64,000 nucleotides of DNA from Phoronis australis (Eukaryota > Animalia > Phoronida), in NCBI GenBank assembly GCA_002633005.1, contig NMRA01000003.1, forward strand, positions 262,129 to 326,128, in the 5' to 3' direction. The notes beneath the pieces were generated by a model that ran no database searches, was not told the DNA's origin, and saw nothing but the letters and a program-made list of their open reading frames with translations. Made by a program: the position numbers and the translations under genes. Of this stretch, positions 26,901 to 39,027 are shown one piece after another. Numbering within the stretch: the stretch's first letter is position 1; each line of letters begins with the position of its first letter.

Positions 26901-27579
26901 GGGGACAGGTTTGAATGTTGTGGCACAAGGTCAGGGGAATAGTTATGACAATGGTCAAGAGAATGCTTGTGTTACGAAGGTTCGTGAATTCACTTTATCA
27001 AAAAATCTTAACTAACACAACTGACCACAATCAATTATTATATGGTTGAAACTCCATCTTCTAACCGACATTCCTGGTCAATAAAGGCGTACTGATATCT
27101 TTACATCACTCTGGAACCAAGTTGTAAAACAATAAAATAATATATACAATATGGCCTACTTGGTCTCTGTGCTCTCAGTTACAAGAACAGATTTTGTAAT
27201 TACTTAATGTCATACTCATACATCAAAGTACGTACAGCAAAAAAAATCTATGACAAGATTTCAGTGCAAAATTAACATTTCTCACCGTAAGACGACAAAT
27301 CTGAAGTCGCGTTTGGTGGCTACAGTCTTTAGGAGGAGCTGACAAAAACAACTTCTTTGTCAACCCAATCGACTCGCGAGTTGGCTCTTTCACTTGGCAC
27401 ATCATATCCGGTATTTTGCTTTCATTCTTTACATGGTAAGTGTAATTCAGTTCCATGACACTTTTATGGATCCATATAGAAAGAACCAGAATCAGAACTA
27501 GCCACGTTAGTATAAGTAACCAGTTGTGTCTAACTATGTGCATTGCTCGTCTGCATCGCCGGACAGTACACCCACTCAT
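20969..27579 (-). CDS. DUF229-family / alkaline phosphatase-sulfatase superfamily type II membrane protein, 3 coding exons, ~800 aa
   Basis: Exons 27579-27286 (TM anchor WLLILTWLVLILVLSIWI), 24335-22803 and 21544-20969 join at phase-0 GT-AG junctions. Motifs: LVLIDSTSREHFYRSMPKS, GHDD, IILSDHGN and a Cys-rich C-terminal part (CDQIP...CICE). An acceptor just upstream of the ATG (ttccag, ~27585) suggests a 5' UTR exon. Confidence 0.8.
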
Positions 27580-28416
27580 CACTCTGGAACAGATAGTAAT
27601 GCAAAAAGTGGAATTATTTGATCACAAACCCCATGCAGTTAAACAAGATCCTCCAGTATCTATGAACGAAAATATAACTAAACAAACCAAAGGTCGCGGT
27701 TACGCATTATACAACTCAAGATTTGAATTTAGTTCAATGAAGTGTAAAACAAGATGAATACTATCGGCTATAGAACGTGACAATACCATACGTGTTAAAC
27801 TAACTGCAGTTTGTCAATTTTACCCATCCTCCGCCCTAGAGCGACGCTGACTTAATACACGTAAGCCTGTTTAGTCATACGCAATGACATAAAATCGTGT
27901 GCACGCCAGTGAAAACGGCTTTGCGCACTCCAATCGGTGAGTTGGTTACTAATCAGCTGCGACGTACATCCGGGGTTCCTCCCACCATAGATACTATAGT
28001 CTAAGCGCCCGCGCAAGAGTTTTACTTTGTAAGCCAACACTAGCAGGTTATCTCCACATAACATTGTCTTGTAACATCGAGTATCAAAACCAATGCCAAG
28101 TGACCATTTCTGCTTTTGATAGGATATTCCGTAATCCTTTTCTTGTCAAACTATTTTAGACCAGACTCGACTCACGAAATGTCGTTTTTGGTGAGCTCAC
28201 GCGTAGGCCAGCGAGAAGGTCTCGCATCCCGTGTGCCAACTTTGGTGCCCGTCATATCTGAGAGACCTGGGGCAGGTGGAAATTCCTTATCGTATGATCC
28301 TAAAAAAGGAATAAGTTTTCGAAAGCAAATGCCAAAGCCCACTGAATTCAGTGATCCATGGGCTGCTTATTGTCTCAGTGCAAGGTCAAACAGACATCAA
28401 AATCCTTTAGACTTAA

Positions 28417-29141
28417 AGGCGAACTTAAGGCAACCTTTTTCCATGTCATTTTGAGCCAAAATAAAGTGGGTTGGTTATCCTAGACATATTTTCTACTTAA
28501 TTACAGCTTTTTGTAATTTTATTAATTACTCGTCCGCTACTCCGGAAGTGACGTTTTAGGAGGCAAGCGTTTCCCGCCACTTGGTTTTGCGTTGACTTTA
28601 CCGTGCGAATCTGTTCTATTCTACTTTTGTTTTGTGCTGTTTTTCAACAATTGTCGCCACCACTTTCCATCGGCGAGTATTCTGCGGCAAGATAGGTTAG
28701 TAGAGAACTCAACTACGTTGGATTTAGGGATTGTTTAGTGTGTTGTAAGCTGAAAATGGCTGGAGTCGGTGACCCGTATCACAGTGACAGTAGTGTGAGT
28801 GACGGAGACCTTGTTCACAGCAGTGGTGACGAGGAATTTTTTCACGGACATTCAGTGGGTGAGTACATGTTTGAGCCCGAGTACAACGAGGCAGAGTACG
28901 CACAGGCACAGGCAGCTGTTGAGAGAAACGAGGCGGCTACTGAGGACAGACGTGGTGACACATCTTGGTGCAAATGCACTGTGTGCGTTGTTATGCCTTG
29001 CCTCCTAAACGTCACTTCCGCAGTAGCGGACGAGTAATTAATAAAATTACGAAAAGCTGTAATTAAGTGGAAAATATGTCTAGGATAACCAACCAACCTT
29101 ATTTTAGCTCAAAATGACATGGAAAAAGGTTGCCTTCGCCT
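28417..29141. mobile_element. Kolobok family A, copy 2 (725-bp deletion derivative)
   Basis: TTAA at 28413-28416 and 29142-29145; same TIRs as 8833-10518. The KolX 5' part (ATG 28756) is fused directly to the right TIR at ~28995. Confidence 0.88.
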
Positions 29142-30441
29142 TTAAAGTTTCGTTATTCTGCTGCTTAAGCTCAAGGTGTTCCATCGAAATTGGAACCCCG
29201 GCACCTTCAGACCAGCTAACCAGCCCGAAAACACGAACCCCAACCTTAAAACAGGAACCCTGCCGGGGAATCGAACGGAAAATAGTACCTTTAAAGGGGT
29301 TTGTGTTCATACGATATTTATCAATTCAAATTTCAACGAAAAAACAAATCTTACTCTAAAAAGTTGTTGTGATACGTTGTTTTACTATTTAAGAATTTTA
29401 GACAACTAGTGACTAATTGGCGTTCTACCATTATTGTCGGCTTTCGGCGCCATGAAATATTGCATCATCAATTGGCCAGATTCTTTTTCCCCAATTCTTC
29501 ATTCAACTGTTCCTCTTCCACGAGGTTGCGTACGTGTCACAACAAATTACAAAACTTGTTTTTACTTTACAAGTTTTTAGTATTTCTAAAATACCACCAA
29601 TCCGAATTTCAGAACATTTTTTTCAACAGTGATTCGCCAGATCGATGAGGAGTCGAAGTACACTCCTTTGAGGGCAAGAACGGTAAAATTGGTGACGGTC
29701 CTGGTCTTTTCAGTGAATAATTCTCGCGGTCCATTTCATAATCCGGAAATTGATTGTGCCAGAAATAATGTACTCTCAACAAGTAAATTGAACAACCATA
29801 ACCCTTAAATGCAGCCAGTTGTAAAGATAATTAATCAACAATGGCACTTTTTGTTTTTCATGTTTTAGAAATATTTTTAGCGAAACTATTGAGTAATTTG
29901 AAATTAACTAAATATTCACCGAGATAACAATGTGTTGAGAGTACAGATTATGTTGCAATTCACCTACAGACAAGTTGCACGAGTTTTACTGGTAGAAATC
30001 AAATAAACAAGTCAATATAATGTAAGTTAGGTTTTATTTTTGACAATTTTAAACAAACAAGTGAAGAAAATAACTTGAAAGTACCTGAAGATGCTTTAAC
30101 TCAAAGTTTGAGGCTATACTGACATCGTCTCTTTCTTTTTTTGTTTATTTCCAGTGATGGTTAGTTTCGGCCGATGCATAATAAAACTCATCCCAAAGTC
30201 GCGTGGAGTATGGGGGGGGGGNGGCGTTCATGTGACGAGGATACTTGTCTACATAGATGATTGAAGTCTAGGTTTGGTCCGCTTCCTTTAGCTTCGCACA
30301 TCCCCCCCGAATCAAAAAATGGTTTTGAAGAAATACTTCAATATCATCCGAAAGATAATGCATCCCACACCACAAAAATCAAAAATGGGGTTAAGCAGTA
30401 CAAAGTTTTGGGAAACTTTTGTTGCAAAATTTGGGTCACTT

Positions 30442-31711
30442 GTTTGTTTTGATTGGGTCGGCCATCTTGGACGACCGCGGCATAAGTTATGAGTTATAAC
30501 TGTTTATACATTATTTTCATAAATAAATTACAATGGAATTTAGTAAGACATATTTTTACCCAATATTATGTGCGATTCAACAATTTTCATCGGAATTCAG
30601 TCAAGCACATGTACTGGTTGAGTGATTAAAGTGTTCATAGTTCCCGTTGGACATTTCCGACAGCACGTGGCGACGTTTGCAAATTCTGAAAGACATGTTA
30701 ACCAGCTGGTCTACAAATTGTGAAGAGTTAACTATGATGCATTTTGACGAACGCAGCAATAAAAAGGCAACTTTGTACAAACTTTAATTTTTCAAATTTT
30801 TTGTGGTAAAAATTTAAGGAATATTCTAATTATTTGACGGTGAATTTCTCAATCACTTGAGCTTACACTCCGATAAATATAGTTGAAATAGTTTTGAAAT
30901 CGCTCCTCTGCTCTTCAAGATTTGATTATGTGTCAGAATAGGATTCACATTTTTCTAAATTTTATTTCTAAATATTGTGCTTTTAATTCATGTTTTGTAA
31001 CTGTTTGCTTTATTACTTCAGGTTATCAAGGCAACTAAATATGAAGAAGGTTAAAAAGAGAAATAGGCTGTAGGTTTGTAGAGCTTCAAGCCTACAATTC
31101 TTGTTCCTTGCAACTTCTTATTTTTTAATCATGCTTGTCGAATTTAATGCAAAGAAACACTATACCGTCGGCATAGTAAATAGTTATGCATGTCCACTTT
31201 CATATCATGTAAATTTCTCATGTTTTTGATTTTGTTTGTGAAGCTTAAATGTTCTTAAGTACTGTGCATTCTAGGTTACTTATTATGGTAAAGGCCAGAC
31301 CATTTTGGCCCACATATTAACTTTACTGTAGGCCTACTGCGATTATTTCAGCTTTGACTTATGTACAGTAGATGTAACCCTCAACTACCTTGAAAGTCTT
31401 TTACTGTAGAAATCAAATATACAGTTCTGACTAAAAGCTCTTAATTTTAATTTGAACTGTGGAATACCTAAATGATTAAATATAATTGGTGCCACCGGAA
31501 ATGAGACTGTGTCCAACGGGAATTATGAGAATTTTTATCACTCAAGAAGTAACATATGCGTGGCTGAAATCTGGTGAAAACTGTTGAATCGCACAGAATA
31601 GTTGGTAAAGTTATGTCTCACTGCATTTTAACGTAAATTATTGGTGAAAAAAAAAATATTCCCAGTTTTAACTTATGCCGCGGTCGTCCAATGAGACCGT
31701 ATCCAAACAAA
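30442..31711. mobile_element. Non-autonomous element bounded by ~45-bp imperfect inverted repeats
   Basis: TTGGACGACCGCGGCATAAGTTA (~30467) / TAACTTATGCCGCGGTCGTCCAA (~31669). Its internal segment 31488-31650 matches 7847-8010. Confidence 0.55.
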
Positions 31712-31914
31712 CTTTTTCCTGTTTGACACGTTCTCCGTTTTTTTTTTGCCTTTTTTCTTGAATAATACTTCAGGAATCAAGGAAAATTCTTGACTTTTAA
31801 AGGTAAAAACAGAAAAATTTCCTGGGCCGGAGGGATTCGTTGTTCAGTTTGCGCAAATGCTTACAGCCGGACAAAATGTTGGGCCCCCCCTTGTGATATC
31901 CTAGATCCGCTACT

Positions 31915-32470
31915 GATGCAAAATCTGGGAGTCAACCGACACTCACCTTGCCCGTTACAGCCGTTTAAGTGAAAAACAATGCAATAAACGTCATTTTCTT
32001 GCGTAACTCTCTGCCTTTTCTAACAATGATAGGTATTTCGTCGTTTTGAAAACAGTACGCTCGTGTCACACGCACGCGCCATTTCCTAAATTTTTGCGAC
32101 ATCTCTCGGGAGATGATGATAGCTTGGCAGCAACAAAATTTCTTCTGAAATTCGATTTTTCGGTACCAAAATTCTAAAAACTTTTAATGAAGTGAAACCA
32201 GTTCTGATAATTTGTTGTGACGTGCACGCAACCTTGTGAAAGAACAACAGTTGATTGAAGAATCGGCGAAAAAAGAAACTGGCCAATAGGTGACGCAAAA
32301 TTTCATGGCGCCGAAAGCCGTCACTAAAGATCGCTCCACAACTTTAGCAGCTGAATAACGGTAGAACACCATTTTTGCCAACACCGTTAAATGATTTAAT
32401 TTACTCAAGGAAGGCTGTAGTTTTTAATGACACTAGTTTTGTGTCAGATTTTATCTTACCACTTTTTTAC
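31915..32470 (-). repeat. Dispersed repeat family, inverted copy
   Basis: Its reverse complement closely matches 6500-6921. Confidence 0.8.
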
Positions 32471-33458
32471 CCGAGTATACCAACAAGGCTAGTCTACAGC
32501 TAGCTGCGTGGCTATCACATGGGCGGCCCACCATAGGGGACTGGGGGGCTAGCCCCCCCCCCATTTATCTCAGTGCAGCTCCGCCTATGACTATATGGCC
32601 ATGGGCGGCGCGTACTATGCTTTTAATTTTAAGTGCTGGGACAGTGGGGGCTATAGCCCCCACTTATTTTGAACAGTGATGCACCGCTCATGTATCAGTG
32701 AAGTTGTTCTATTCAATAATGGCCACGCCTCTGTAAGCTTTTCCAGAAATAGCACAGAATTTTTATGGAAGTACACAACAATATGAAAAGGTGTCAAAAA
32801 TATGTGAACTCACGTTGCGCTCAATCTGGCTGAAGCAGACGATTATGGATAAGTCACAAAGATTGATGACGTATCCTTCCATTCCGAATAACCAGCCACG
32901 AGCGACCTCTGTCTACAAACTACAAACCATTGGTCGCTATTGTTGTGACTGTAGTTTTCCGCACGAATTTAGATTTTATGGAAACTTGTTCCAAAACTCA
33001 ATGTGATATTGATTATGATGTGATTGTTTAACTCACGACTTCATGAAAATCTATTTTTTACAAATGACATGTTTATTCTATGACGATTTGTGGAAAACAT
33101 AAGTACTTAAAATTCTCCCTCCAAACGTCAGTGGGCAAACATATTTAGGGGTGCTTAAAGGTTAAGAACGGAGCTGAGATTTAGGTAAAGTCGATCCGAT
33201 TTTGATAAATTATCGTACTGTCGATTCGGACTTTCTTGTCATTTATATCCATACTTGTACAGAAATGTAAGCATACATCTGCTTCGTCGTATTGTTTTAA
33301 CGATGAACTTTTCCATCGAAATCGAGTGTTTATAGCAGTTATTACGGCCACTGAGATTCGTAGTAGTTGTACCACTAAATTGTTTTTATCAACTTAAAGG
33401 CGAGTCGAGAAAGGTAGATCGATTCATTGCAAAGTTTCTCGTTCAGTATGTGGTATAA

Positions 33459-33620
33459 ATAGATTATTACATGTTCTCAGTCGTTATCCCCGTTATCTAG
33501 AACCCTCGTGGATTTTGGAGAATTATCACCCTCGGGGCTAACGCCCCTCGGGCGATAATTCTTCAAAATCCACTCGGGCTCTAGATAACGGGGATAACGA
33601 CTTCGCCATGTAATATCTAT
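33459..33620. repeat. ~160-bp near-perfect palindrome (foldback MITE)
   Basis: GTCGTTATCCCCGTTATCTAGA...GTGGATTTTG / CAAAATCCAC...TCTAGATAACGGGGATAACGAC, with centre CCCTCGGGGCTAACGCCCCTCGGG. Confidence 0.8.
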
Positions 33621-36600
33621 ATATATTTTCTTTAAATATTAGCTTGTGTCACATTGTTATTTTATATTATAACTACCCTTCAAGCTTCAACTCAAATTCT
33701 TCATGGTTGGACTTCATGTTTTGGTCCCAAGTCCAATTCGTCCATTTATAGCCTTCTCTCACCACTTCTACAACAAAACACTAAAGTGTCGATTTCAAAT
33801 TGATACTGGGAAATAGTCTTTAACAGACTGTGCAAATACGCCATCTATGGTACTAAGTAAATTCCATGACAAGCGTTTTCGAAATTTGTTAGGAACAACG
33901 GAGGCGAAATTGGTGGTGGCTAACTAGATCCGAAACGGGAGGGGGAACGAAGCAGTACCACTAGCTACCGCTTTATTCATATGTTACTGGGTAAGGTTGA
34001 TTGAATACCCGTATCTTCGCCTTGGTTGACCACAGTATGTAGACTACTACACACTCTCAGACCCAATTGACAACTTTTGGCTACCGACGCCACTGCTCGT
34101 AGCTACATTTTACCGCTTTTTTTGTAGCGAGAATTTTGAAATACTGACATACTTCAAAAATTGGCTACAATTTATTTCCGGTAGAAACAAAAGCCTTTAC
34201 TATTAGTCGGACATGACCTTGTCAGACTACAAAATTTATCAAAGGCAGATGCAACTACCCTTGTCCACGTTTTTCATCTTAGGATCAATTTAGCTTAGGG
34301 AAATATCCTTCCATGAAAAGTCGCTAGGAAAATAAACTAAGCATACCACACTTACCTTGCTATCAAGCCAATACTTGCAACGCCTGCGATGCAACATCCA
34401 TAGAATTCTACAGTCGATGCACACGTAGCAGTTGGCTCGGCCAAAATGAGAGCCTCGCTATAACTGCAGGCAGCACACTAAATGGGTGGACACGATTCAA
34501 AATAAATTAATCACGAGTGATCACAATCCTGCATAACCCCAATTCGCTGGGCAGCATAAAGCGTAGCTGATTTAATGCTGCTATTTTGAAAAAAAAATAA
34601 TTGAAATTACCAAGACCGTATAGTGACCTTTAGAATTTTGTCCTGCATAGCATAATCTTACTGCGGGAGGTTTACCCTTGAATGTGTTGGGAGGTTTTTA
34701 GATGGTATATCTGACCTACGTTCACAATTTATGGGGCGATCCAAGATACAGAGATTTGCGCACAAGAAATCACATAGTGTGACCCTCCAGATGCTTGTTT
34801 ACGTACGTTTGCTCAATTCAATAATAGAGTAATTTGGAAAAAAACATGAGTATTAAAACTCAAAAACGTGACACTCGACTGCTCTACCGGAAAATACGTT
34901 ATGGAAAGCTTATGACCGCCAACCATGCTAGAGTCATTGATACCGCATTTCACAAGTGTGCTCAGGATTTAGGAAGCCAACGAGATTTTTGTACCATGTC
35001 CGCCCGGCGTGTAAACTGCGGGAAGTACACTAATGACTGACTTGTCATGCAATGTCATGAGATCTAGTCGCTGATTGAATTAAGACAATAAGATTTACAG
35101 CGCAGCTACAGCCGGACATGAGACTGAAATTATTCATATGAGAAAGTACATTTAAGACAAATGATGATGAAAAAAACACCGCGGAAATGAAATCGTAATT
35201 CAATCAAGACGGAATGAGTTCGAAGCACCCAAATTTGCAGCTTTCAACATATTAGTTCTAAAACAACTAACTACATACAGATAGTGCTCTGGTCAGAAGC
35301 TTCCAACACGAAATTGTTGGCGACTGGGCCAGAGTGAAACGCGTGACGTCCGTTTGCAGTGAACAGGGCCAGGGGCATGGCCCCTTGTGTCCCCTCTATT
35401 GCAATGCAACTGACTATAGATGAGCAACATTTTCGTGAAACATTATGAGTAAGGTCACTTTATGAAATATAAAAAAATCGTAAATAATTGGGGACTGGCT
35501 CTTTCGAAAGGGACTAAGATGTGAATGAAAATATGACGATGCCTTTTTAGTGGTGAAATAACCCGCAGGTACGTAAATGAAATAACAATAAATTTTGGAA
35601 GTTTTTAAAACCCCATCAACCTTTTTATTGTGTCTAAATATTATCAATGATTGCCATTACTTCTAATGACTATTTTAGGAAAGTTGCCAAGTTTCCTCCA
35701 TTTCTTCACATACTCCTAAGGACGGTTGCAAAACGCTCTGTTTAGCTAGCTAAAAACGAAAACTGGATTAGTTCTTTTAATCTCATAAAATCATTGTCGC
35801 AATATTCTTTACCAAGTTGGATATCACATTGTATCATTTGATGTAATATGCATTGAGAGTGTGTTAAAAATAACTTCATTCGTTCACTCGGATACAGATA
35901 ATGCGTATATTATACTCGTGTCTCAACTTGAGTTTTTAATCAGAAAATCAAAACAAAAGTCAATTTTGGTGTCATTCTGCTTCACCAGCCATATTTTGTG
36001 TAGGGATGTCGTTAAACATGAGATGCGTACAGCAGTTACCCTCCATCACGAAAAACCATAAAAGACTTGCAAAATTCCTCAAGCAGGCTGGTAGACTTGC
36101 TGAGCAGTGAAATTAAAGCACAATGTCTGTTGCAATGGGCCTGTAGAAGGCTTAAGTAACGTGTCGGCCTTTCTGTTTAGCGGACTTCATTCCGCAAAAT
36201 TACGACACCTATGGCCCATTAATATTATCATTGCACTCCATCAATGTTGTGTATGGCTGCAGGCTAAATCTTTCTTTTTTATTAAGAAATAGCTCAGCAC
36301 TTTTGTAAGAAAAGCTTGGTAATAAGCGGTTTGTTAATATGAAAACCGATTCACGCGAAAATACCAAGATGTGCGATTTGAGATGGCTAGAATAGATCGA
36401 TCACTTTTCAAATGTTTCAATATTTCGATTCCCAAGGAACACATAAGGCGCGAATCTCCAACAAAAGTTTAGAATATGAAGGCGATTATCCATGGCGAAA
36501 CCCACTCGATTTCTGGTGAAATCAGCACGTGTATCGTTGGCCGAATGCGACGTAATTCAGCTTTATCACAGTGAAAATTCCTGAATTATCACAGTAATAA

Positions 36601-37518
36601 ATATCTACATGAAAAAATATGTATGACATTAATAAATCGGCCAGGAAGAATGACAGCAATAAATACAGTTAGAAATGTCTATTACTTGACTAAATACTTG
36701 CTATTGCTATGATACACATTATGATTTGTTCTAACTATCTATTAAAATTTGTATCAAATATTTATGGCAGTAACAAATAATTACAACAGTAATAAACATT
36801 TTTGCAGTTATTAATATTTGTTTTTATTAGTAATCAGCCAATTCAAAAATATGTGTAACAATGACTGTCACAGAATAAATCAACCAATTGTAAGCCACGA
36901 TTAATGATAGCAATTAAAATATAATAGTAATAAATTTACCAATGAAAGCTGTCGAGTCATGCTTTCTCTTTGCCCTCGCCATAATCCGTGAACAGACCCT
37001 ACTACACTCATTAATACATCTTGAATGCTAATAATCACTGTATGAACCAGAATATACCGACATGACCATGTAAGTGTTATTTTTATTGGTCGATATATTA
37101 CTTTACTTATTCAAAGCCAACCATTGGCTGATCAATTACTATGATAGATCGTATTATGGTGATAAATATTTATTACTGTCATTATTCCTGGATTCTGGTT
37201 AGCTGGTTTATTGTTATCATAAATATTTATTTCGATAAAAATAGCTATTGCTGTTATAACTATTTGCCACAGTTATTATCCCTGGTAATAAATCGGACTA
37301 GTGTGACACTGGGCTAACTATACATGCGACTTTCATCAGCATGGCATCATTTTCGGCTGATCGACTTTTGCTCGAAGATTTTCCTTGGAAAAGCAAATCA
37401 GATTGACAATAGTTAATTAGATTGAACAAACTATCTATGATAAAAACAAAGATGGACCAGCTAGAGGCCATAAATGAACGATATTAAAAATCATAATTTC
37501 AAATTATAGTCATTTCTT

Positions 37519-37770
37519 CATAGAAAAAAGAGAATCACCTCTAGAAATTTTCGATGGCTGTTGATTGGCTGTCACCTTCCACATTGGCCTCTTGACAAAT
37601 CAGGCTAGTGATCTCCAATCTATCACATGATTTTTTTTTACTGCGTGATCAGTGATGGCAGATTATTTTAAAAACTAGCTCAACACTGGTATTATCTCTA
37701 ATTCAGGAGAATGGCAGCCATTAAATAGCCATCGAAAATTTCTAGAGGCGATTCTCATATTTATCTATTG
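37519..37770. mobile_element. MITE with ~60-bp TIRs
   Basis: GAGAATCACCTCTAGAAATTTTCGATGGCT / AGCCATCGAAAATTTCTAGAGGCGATTCTC; no TSD resolved. Confidence 0.65.
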
Positions 37771-39027
37771 CATGGCTAGTAAGAAACTGATGTGCATAAC
37801 ATTTTAATGGAATTATTCACAGACCAAAATTTAAAATGGTGACTAAACCTTCAGACTGCTGAGATCAACTCTGCAGGGTTGATTTCAATAAGACAAATAG
37901 CCCTGTCACTGAATCATCTGGTACCCCAACCACCATCCTTTCTCTGGGAACACGACCGAAAAAAAACTGACTCAATCCCAGTCTTAAGTGCACTAGAATT
38001 TAAAAATGCTCATGCTAAATAATTTTTCATGTTTTGGAGACCACCAGAACGTTCTCAACTTTATAAGATTCCTTGTCAAATTTTACCAAGTGATGTTCAT
38101 TACTGGTTCACCTAGTATTGTTTGAAGACACCTACATAAGCAAACTTAATTGACATACATTCGGTCCTTATTCAAACTCTCGAAAATCACCAGAATCCGG
38201 CCACAATATCCAGATTAATGATAATAATCAAAAAACGTGAAGGCATTATCCCCACAATGTGTGACTGAAAAAATTGGAGCAGCCCTTAGCCACTTATATT
38301 GGCCATTTTAAAAGAAATTATAGGACACGCGGGATGAAAAACACGATGCAATATATTTACTACACAAAAACGAAATCATGTCTTTATCTCCCTTAGTCCT
38401 TCTGTATCGGATGTTTTTTCTTGGTCGTCTTTTATGTTACCTGTGCTACGTAACATATCCTTCTCACTAAGAGACTCATCGACTGAATCAATGTCTTTCG
38501 TCGACTTAAATTCAATATCTTGTTTAACATCCGGCAGCTCACTTCTCGGCTCTGTGCTGTTCAGCAACACCGTTTCAACATGTTCTTCTAGAGCAACAAC
38601 TTGACAAAATTCTACGGCGTGCTGTTCGTGTGATACGCCTGAAACTGGTTGAATTCTTGAAGGCAGGTGTTCCTCGATTGCTTGAAGCATATTATCCGAC
38701 CGGTGGTTTGAGCATCGGTTTGAGTCGGTAACAACACCACTTAAACGTCGAAAACTACAAATGAATAAAAGGTTACTTCAGAATTGTAACCCATCTGTAT
38801 TGAAGTTCCAACAAAATATAACTCTCCATCAAAAAGTTATTTCGTATGGAGAAATCCAATTTTTTAATTAAATGTGACATTAGTTATGTAATTGATATAC
38901 AGATTAGGTGCGTTTACCCAATTGGTGCGTTTATCGTCATATGCTCGATTTTAGGACCATGCGCCTATATGTGAATTTGCGCCTATGTCCGGAATAAAGC
39001 GCATGCGCCAACGTGTGAAAGATTCAA

